Position numbers and translations under genes: made by a program. Below the pieces are notes generated by a model, which saw nothing but the letters and a program-made list of their open reading frames with translations, did no database searches and had not been told where the DNA came from. A stretch of DNA of 64,000 nt from Mytilus edulis (lineage: Eukaryota). This document shows positions 63,497-64,000 of the stretch, piece by piece. Positions within the stretch are counted from its first letter, which is position 1. The number at the start of each line of letters is the position of its first letter. The stretch covers positions 61,318,001-61,382,000 of the forward strand of contig NC_092350.1 in assembly GCF_963676685.1 (NCBI RefSeq). The letters are read 5' to 3'.

Positions 63497-64000
63497 CTAC
63501 AAAATACATACCCATTGCATTAATTTAAAAATGTTGAACCTTAAGATATACGTGTTGATTTTAAACTAAATTGATTCATCTTCCATACTGTTTCATCCTG
63601 ATTACACCACTTATCTAAAACTGTATTTCTTACACAATGTAATGCTATACATGTAGCAAACGAAACATAGATGCACAATAGTCACAAAGGTCTATAAAAT
63701 GAGGTTAACGTCATAAGAAACGAGTGATCGGTGTAAATTAATTTTTCCAATTCTTGAACAAATGCATACAAACATCATAAACTTAGTCTTCTGTGCACGA
63801 ATTAACATTTTTTTCCTGTAAATTTCGTATAATCGTCAATTTTTTTTCAATCGGTCAGCGTATTTGTGAAAATATGGCAAGTAATTAAAGTGCGTGTTTT
63901 GAAGCCGAAGTTTAACGATTGTTACCTGTTTGTCAACAAGGACATCCATGCGTATTGTGATCACCGGATTTTTACGAGATGGGTCACACTAAGGTCACTT

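Overview
AT-rich, intron-containing animal genomic DNA. The repeat families and gene types resemble a bivalve, probably Mytilus (inference). It is not prokaryotic, and I see no CRISPR array, rRNA or true tRNA. Two paralogous multi-exon chymotrypsin-family (S1A) serine protease genes lie on the minus strand: gene A has exons from 8657 down to 387 and runs off the left edge, and gene B enters from the right edge and ends at 52526. They bracket a plus-strand tandem array of five RING-less TRIM-like genes (B-box1, B-box2, coiled coil, six-bladed NHL-like beta-propeller; one main coding exon each). Two copies are intact (30215-31912 and 46421-48115) and three are broken in different ways. The copies differ mainly in the loops of one propeller face and look mosaic. 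The two proteases keep the catalytic triad but differ at S1-pocket residue 189. Intergenic and intronic DNA is packed with mobile DNA: hammerhead-ribozyme retrozymes (a 360-bp tandem unit that also carries an unexplained pseudoknot-like motif), Penelope-like RT elements (one with a clean internal inversion), L2/CR1 and Tx1/L1 LINE ends, a Crypton/DUF3504 tyrosine-recombinase fragment and a Tc1 fragment that the ORF track largely misses, several hairpin MITEs, and an orphan decayed ORF region at 39.2-40.8 kb. Exon models were read by eye from GT-AG sites, phase continuity and protein motifs. No database searches were run.
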